This document shows positions 48,222 through 53,103 of a DNA stretch of 53,103 nucleotides, piece after piece. Both the position numbers and the translations under genes were made by a program. The stretch comes from an uncultured Ignavibacteriaceae bacterium (GTDB taxonomy: Bacteria > Bacteroidota > Ignavibacteria > Tepidaquicellales > Tepidaquicellaceae): assembly GCA_964581915.1 (NCBI GenBank), contig CAZOQR010000001.1, positions 1 through 53,103 of the forward strand, written 5' to 3'. The notes beneath the pieces were generated by a model. It saw only the letters and a program-made list of their open reading frames with translations. It was not told where the DNA came from and did not search any database. Positions within the stretch are counted from its first letter, which is position 1; each line of letters opens with the position of its first letter.

Positions 48222-49443
48222 AAGTAAGAAGCCTCCTTTCACCTTCAATGTTTCTGTATTCGTTTATGTCGTGCGTTATTTCCGCGGTCCCGAGATATTC
48301 TCCGTTCGCGCCCCTGACGGCGTAATAGGCGATGTGAACGTACATCCCCTTGAAGTTAATCCAGAACTTGGCAGAGTCCTGCCTGCCCGATTTGAAATCA
48401 TCGATGATTTTATCAACGATGTGAACGCTTGACGGAGGATGGCAGTACTGAACCTGCCTTCCGAGTATGGCTTTGCTGCGCTCGAAAATTCTCTTGTTTC
48501 CGTGCGAGAAGAACTTCACTTTGTCGTCCTTATCTACAAATGTGATGTCAACGGGAATCGAATTCAAAAGCGCTTCGAGTTCCTCGTTTGAAAACGAGCC
48601 TGTCGGGAGTTTTATCCTTCCGTTATCCTGACTGCTCTCCGTGGCTATCGTTATTCCTTCGGGAACCCAGTTCTTAACGGGTGCGTAAAGACAGTAACCG
48701 GCTTCTTCGCACTGCTTGTTTATCTCGTGCCACTCGATGTCCGTAAACCTGTCCAGACACATCGGCAGAAGAATCTTTTCTTCCTTCACTATCATTTCTT
48801 CAATCGCGTCCGCCGCAGGCGAGAACATCATGTCGGCATATCCTCTCAGCACTTCAGCGTCCGTCCCGCCCTTTTCGGAAAGCAGGCTGAGAGATGATTT
48901 CAGGAAACCCCTGACTTCGTCGTCCTTTCCCCACATTACGGTCGAAGGACCCGTCACTCCGTATTTTTCAAGGAACGGAAATATTATGTTTTCTTTTTTT
49001 ATGTAGTGCTTTTCGATGTCGGTGAGACTGTTGAAAATCATCCTGAAATTCATCAACTCTTCTTTTGCGTTTATCGTCCCGGGGCTGAATTTCAGTTTGA
49101 TGAAAATATTTCTCAGTTTGGCAATCTCCGCTTCAAGCGCTCTGTTTTCCATCCTTAATGTATGCACGGGATGACCTTCGGGGACTTCCTTCATCATCGT
49201 TAGGTCAACGTTGTCTTTTATCGCTTCCGAATGCAAATCGCAGTATTTCTGTATTTCCTGAGGCGGCAGTCCTTCGTTTATGAGTTCCTGCTCCGCCTGC
49301 ACCACTTCACCGTAAGGAACGCTTCCGAGCATAACCTCGAGTTCACGCTTCACGTCCTCAATTGTGGAATCTTCGTGGAGTTTCAGCAGAAGTTTCTTTA
49401 ATTTCTGAATCCTTTCGGCGCTGTTGTTTATTAATTCGCTCAT
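48211..49443 (-). CDS. DUF438 / hemerythrin-like / PAS domain protein
   Basis: N-terminal DUF438-like segment (IQKLKKLLLKLHE...VQAEQELINEG), central helical H/E-rich hemerythrin-like repeats and a C-terminal PAS-like fold (VDITFVDKDDKVKFFS...). Confidence 0.75.
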   Translation of the reverse strand: MSELINNSAERIQKLKKLLLKLHEDSTIEDVKRELEVMLGSVPYGEVVQAEQELINEGLPPQEIQKYCDLHSEAIKDNVDLTMMKEVPEGHPVHTLRMENRALEAEIAKLRNIFIKLKFSPGTINAKEELMNFRMIFNSLTDIEKHYIKKENIIFPFLEKYGVTGPSTVMWGKDDEVRGFLKSSLSLLSEKGGTDAEVLRGYADMMFSPAADAIEEMIVKEEKILLPMCLDRFTDIEWHEINKQCEEAGYCLYAPVKNWVPEGITIATESSQDNGRIKLPTGSFSNEELEALLNSIPVDITFVDKDDKVKFFSHGNKRIFERSKAILGRQVQYCHPPSSVHIVDKIIDDFKSGRQDSAKFWINFKGMYVHIAYYAVRGANGEYLGTAEITHDINEYRNIEGERRLLTYDN

Positions 49444-49523
49444 GTTGTAATTTTATTTTTTATTCAGACTATTTTGTCCTATTACAACAACACGAAATAG
49501 TTCATTTTGGTTTCAACCGCGGG

Positions 49524-50798
49524 TCAGAAAAACGAGATGAACAGAAGTACGTTCAGGTAAGCGATTACTGCTCCGATAACAAGCAGTGTGATTTTAGTAT
49601 AAATCTTATTCGAATACTTTCCCATAACTTTCTTCGACGATGTAAGGTATATCTGAAGGAATATCGTAAACGGCAGTTGTATGCTCAGTATCATCTGCGA
49701 TATGATCAGCCCCTGAAAAGGGTTCGTTATGAACAGAATTATTATCAGCGCCGCTATGAGGGATATGCCTACGCCGAGCCTCGAGTGATTGTCCTTTATA
49801 TCGTACGGCTCGCCGAACATCCCCGAAAGTATCGAGCCGCCCGCCATTCCGGACGTTATGCTCGAAGCGAATCCCGCGAATAGCAGTGCGACGGCGAATA
49901 TGACCGACGCGTAACTTCCGAGCAGCGGTTCAAGAAGCGACTTCGCCTGCGGAAGTTCCGAAACGGGAATGCCCGACTTGAAGAAAGTCGCTGCCGCGAG
50001 AATTATCATCGCGCTGTTTATCGCCCAGCCTACGAGCATCGAAAAGAATGTGTCAAAGAACTCGTAATCCAACTGCTTCTTGATTACTTTTTCGTCCTGC
50101 AGGTTCCACTGCCTGCTCTGTATGATTTCCGAATGAAGAAAAAGATTGTGAGGCATCACTACCGCGCCGAGCACGCTCATTATAATCAGGATAGAGCCTT
50201 CGGGTATTCCCGGAGTTACCCATCCCGCCGCCGCCTGCCCCCAGTTGACGTCCGCAATGAACATTTCATAAATAAACGATAGTCCGATAATCGAAACGAA
50301 ACCGATGATGTATTTTTCTATCCGCCTGTAGGAATTCGTGTAAAGCAGTACGCCTACAATAACTACAACGAGAACCGCGCCGATTTTAAGCGGCACGTGA
50401 AAAAGCATTTCAATCGCGATTGCGGCTCCGAGTACTTCCGCGAGCGACGTCGAGATTGAAGCAAGAACAGCGAGCGAGAGAATGAACCTCGAAACATATT
50501 TCGGCGTGTACAGCGTAGCCGCCTCGGAAAGGCACAGCCCCGTCGCGATTCCGAGGTGCGCGACGTTGTGCTGTAGTATTATTAGCATTAGGGTCGAAAG
50601 CGTTACCATCCAGAGAAGAACATAGCCGTATTCCGAACCGGCGGCGATGTTCGATGCCCAGTTCCCCGGGTCGATGAACCCGACTGTAACGAGAAGCCCG
50701 GGACCGATGTACTTGAAAATTTCAAGTCCGCCGAGAACGGGCTTGTGCTCTTTCCTGTTCCTTAAATCCTTTATGAAATTTTTAACTGCCGACAGCAC
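49524..50798 (-). CDS. mntH: NRAMP family divalent metal (Mn2+/Fe2+) transporter
   Basis: GPGLLVTVGFIDPGNW (DPGN motif), about 11 TM helices and the MPHNLFLHS motif. Confidence 0.9.
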   Translation of the reverse strand: MLSAVKNFIKDLRNRKEHKPVLGGLEIFKYIGPGLLVTVGFIDPGNWASNIAAGSEYGYVLLWMVTLSTLMLIILQHNVAHLGIATGLCLSEAATLYTPKYVSRFILSLAVLASISTSLAEVLGAAIAIEMLFHVPLKIGAVLVVVIVGVLLYTNSYRRIEKYIIGFVSIIGLSFIYEMFIADVNWGQAAAGWVTPGIPEGSILIIMSVLGAVVMPHNLFLHSEIIQSRQWNLQDEKVIKKQLDYEFFDTFFSMLVGWAINSAMIILAAATFFKSGIPVSELPQAKSLLEPLLGSYASVIFAVALLFAGFASSITSGMAGGSILSGMFGEPYDIKDNHSRLGVGISLIAALIIILFITNPFQGLIISQMILSIQLPFTIFLQIYLTSSKKVMGKYSNKIYTKITLLVIGAVIAYLNVLLFISFF

Positions 50799-52038
50799 TT
50801 TCTCGATTCTCCTCTTTAACGTATTTTAGCATCCACAGTCCAAGTATGAAAAAGACCGTGATTGAAAAAATCGCGATTTTCTGCGAGCCTGTCAACCAAG
50901 AAACGAGTCCGAACGTAAGCGGACCGATTAGCGTCGATGTTTTTTCGAACAGCGCGTAGAACCCGAACATTTCGGTCTTGATTTCAAATGGCGCGAGTTC
51001 CGTCATCAGCGCTCTCGAAAGGCTTTGCGTGGAGCCGAGAAACGTTCCCGCGAACCCGCCCGCGATGAAGAAGTAATGAATTTTCGCTCCGCCGATTTCC
51101 AGATAAGACGTCTCGTTAACGAAGAAGAATATGAACACGAGAATAACTATCCAGAAAAGTATGTTCACGGCAATCGAGCGCTTTATGCCGAGCGTGTTTC
51201 CGATTCTCGCGAATATGAGCGAACCCGCCATCGCCGTTAACTGAACTGTTATGAAAAATACCGCGAGTTCAACGGTGCCGAAGTTCAGTGTCTTCACGGC
51301 GTATATTCCCGAGAAGAAAATTATAGTGTTGACCGAGTCAATATAAAGGAAGTACGATACAAGAAAATTTCTCAGGTTCCTGTATTTACTGACGTGTCTG
51401 AGCGTGTCAGCGACTTTTTTAAACCCGTATGAGAAATAATTAATTTTTCCGGCGTCGCGCGCGGTCTTTTTCTCTTTCAGAAAAATGAAAGCCGGAACGC
51501 TGAACACGGCGTAGAACAAAGCGGTCAGCGCGAACAGAAGCGGGTAATTGTCCTTGAGCGGAAAAACCATCAGCACCGATACGAGAGAGCCCGCGTAACC
51601 GACCGCGTAGCCGAGAGACGAGACTTTATTGTAATCCTTCTCTTCGGCAATATCGGAGATAAATGCGTCATAAAAAGTCAGAGACGTCTGAAATCCGATG
51701 TTCGAGACTATGAAGAGAATCAAACCGAAGAGCACTGTCCCCTGACCCGTAAAATACATCAGACCGGTCGGAACGACGCAGAGAAGCGTGAAAAGAAAGA
51801 GAAAAAGTTTCTTGTTGGATGTCCTGTCGGCAAGCGCGCCGCAGACGGGATTGAGCACCGCTGAAATTATCATCGAGATATTAATGCCGAGCGACCAGTA
51901 AAAATCCCCTACGGGCTGTTTGGCGCATATGACGTCCGTGAAGAACACGGCGAAAACGAAAGCGACTATAATTACGGCGTAAGAGGAGTTTGCAAAATCA
52001 TAGAGTGTCCAGACGAATACCTGCGATTTATTCTTCAT
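50782..52038 (-). CDS. MFS transporter, UMF1/Atg22-like family
   Basis: N-terminus VWTLYDFANSSYAVII with 12 predicted TM helices. It overlaps nusB by 11 nt and mntH by 17 nt. Confidence 0.8.
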   Translation of the reverse strand: MKNKSQVFVWTLYDFANSSYAVIIVAFVFAVFFTDVICAKQPVGDFYWSLGINISMIISAVLNPVCGALADRTSNKKLFLFLFTLLCVVPTGLMYFTGQGTVLFGLILFIVSNIGFQTSLTFYDAFISDIAEEKDYNKVSSLGYAVGYAGSLVSVLMVFPLKDNYPLLFALTALFYAVFSVPAFIFLKEKKTARDAGKINYFSYGFKKVADTLRHVSKYRNLRNFLVSYFLYIDSVNTIIFFSGIYAVKTLNFGTVELAVFFITVQLTAMAGSLIFARIGNTLGIKRSIAVNILFWIVILVFIFFFVNETSYLEIGGAKIHYFFIAGGFAGTFLGSTQSLSRALMTELAPFEIKTEMFGFYALFEKTSTLIGPLTFGLVSWLTGSQKIAIFSITVFFILGLWMLKYVKEENRESAVGS

Positions 52039-52498
52039 CGGCTTTTTTCTTATAATCCAACAAGCCCCTGCCTTTTTTATTTAGTTTGTTTTCTTTCCTG
52101 AGGTTGTTCAGCACCGCGTCGAGAACGCCGTTAACGAACGTGGGGCTTTTATCGGAGCAGTAAATTTTCGCGAGTTCAATTGCCTCGTTAATCGATACCT
52201 TGGGCGGAATTTCGGGAAAGTATAGAATCTCCGCTATTGCGAGACGGAGAATTATTTTATCGAGAATCGCTACGCGGTCGTACTCCCAGTTCCTGATACG
52301 CTCCGTTATCATCGCGTCTATCAGGCGCTGGTTCTTGAGAACTGCATCGATAAGTTCGGACGCGAAATTATATTTTTCCAAATCGGTAATCTCGGCCAGT
52401 AAATCCTTCTTAACCTTGTCTATGTGGTCCTTTGCAATCTGGTAAGCATAGAGGACCTCCAATGCTTTAATCCTTACAAATCTTCGTTTTGATGCCAT
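52028..52498 (-). CDS. nusB: transcription antitermination factor NusB
   Basis: 156 aa. R(I/A)KALEVLYAY at the N-terminus, a ...INEAIELAK... helix and FVNGVLD motif. Confidence 0.9.
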   Translation of the reverse strand: MASKRRFVRIKALEVLYAYQIAKDHIDKVKKDLLAEITDLEKYNFASELIDAVLKNQRLIDAMITERIRNWEYDRVAILDKIILRLAIAEILYFPEIPPKVSINEAIELAKIYCSDKSPTFVNGVLDAVLNNLRKENKLNKKGRGLLDYKKKADEE

Positions 52499-52531
52499 TT
52501 AAAAAGAACTGATTATTTATTACAAATATAG

Positions 52532-53103
52532 TTATCCTAAACCAAAAAGCCAAAACACAATAAGAGCAAAAGACTCCTTAATGCAGAAATTGACGTTGCT
52601 TTCCGCCGAAAGCGGCGTGTCGGAAGCGAACGTGTCAACGTTCATCAGGTTGAACCTGCATATTTCGGACGCGCGGAGAAGATGAAAATTATCCGACACT
52701 AAAATAATCCGCCCGAAATTCATTCTCTTGTAATACCTGTCGCGCACGAAAAGAATCTGCTCGATTGTTGAATTTGATTTCGCTTCGACGTAAAGATTTC
52801 TCGGCTCGACGCCGAATTTCATCAGTTCGTTCTTCGATACTTCGGCTTCCGTGAGTTCGTTTGGCGAGCCGCCGCCCGTGAGAATCAGTTTCGGCGCGTA
52901 CTTCTGCTGATAAATTTCAAATCCCTTGTTGATGCGCTCTCTGAGTACCGGCGAAGGCCTGTTGCCTCCCCAGACCGCCGCGCCGAGAATCACACCCGCG
53001 TCCGATTTCCTGCTCCCCTGCTTGTATAGTCCCGAATCGTCCTTGTACGTGTAAACGAAATAAAAAGTCGCCGCGAATACAAGAACGAGAAGAAGCACGA
53101 CGT
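52532..53103 (-). CDS. YdcF/SanA (DUF218) family protein, probably 5-prime partial
   Basis: ILGAAVWGG...PSPVLRERI...LILTGG DUF218 signature. The frame stays open to the window edge; GTG 53098 is the only in-window start. Confidence 0.7.
   Translation of the reverse strand, partial: VVLLLVLVFAATFYFVYTYKDDSGLYKQGSRKSDAGVILGAAVWGGNRPSPVLRERINKGFEIYQQKYAPKLILTGGGSPNELTEAEVSKNELMKFGVEPRNLYVEAKSNSTIEQILFVRDRYYKRMNFGRIILVSDNFHLLRASEICRFNLMNVDTFASDTPLSAESNVNFCIKESFALIVFWLFGLG

Noticed and set aside
49362-49883. 173-aa ORF on the + strand
   Set aside because: It is antisense to the DUF438 start and the mntH end, and is rich in R/Y/C; shadow ORF.

Overview
This 53.1 kb window reads as compact, mostly housekeeping chromosome from a diderm bacterium. 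It carries kdsA, many beta-barrel outer-membrane proteins and many lipoproteins. Gene content (bshB1, PPi-PFK, LVIVD protein) and about 43-45% GC suggest an Ignavibacteria-like or other FCB-group organism; that placement is low-confidence inference. I call about 55 protein genes and one RNA gene (type A RNase P RNA, 5921-6294), several intrinsic terminators and one tentative Pho-box. Recognisable core genes include metF, nadA, apbC/mrp, pstS, leuS, pfkA, pfp, kdsA, ligA, ybaB-recR, divIVA, yggS, mntH and nusB. I saw no rRNA, tRNA, CRISPR array, transposase, integrase, phage gene or recognisable defence system, so there is no clear accessory island. Candidates for uncharacterised biology: (1) a three-gene surface module at 44.3-47.7 kb. 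Its first gene has a textbook lipoprotein signal but no ATG/GTG/TTG start and overlaps the next gene by 80 nt. (2) A Nif3 homologue reduced to its PII-like insert domain, followed by a COG1579 zinc-ribbon gene and rnpB. (3) A tandem purine nucleoside phosphorylase pair in which one copy has lost several catalytic motifs. (4) A DUF438/hemerythrin/PAS plus DUF1858/DUF2249 pair next to NRAMP and UMF1 transporters. (5) An 805-aa membrane-embedded spermidine-synthase-like protein lacking the catalytic Asp box. (6) A tightly coupled operon that puts a PolB-like exonuclease in front of ybaB-recR. All family assignments rest on motif recognition by eye, not on searches.
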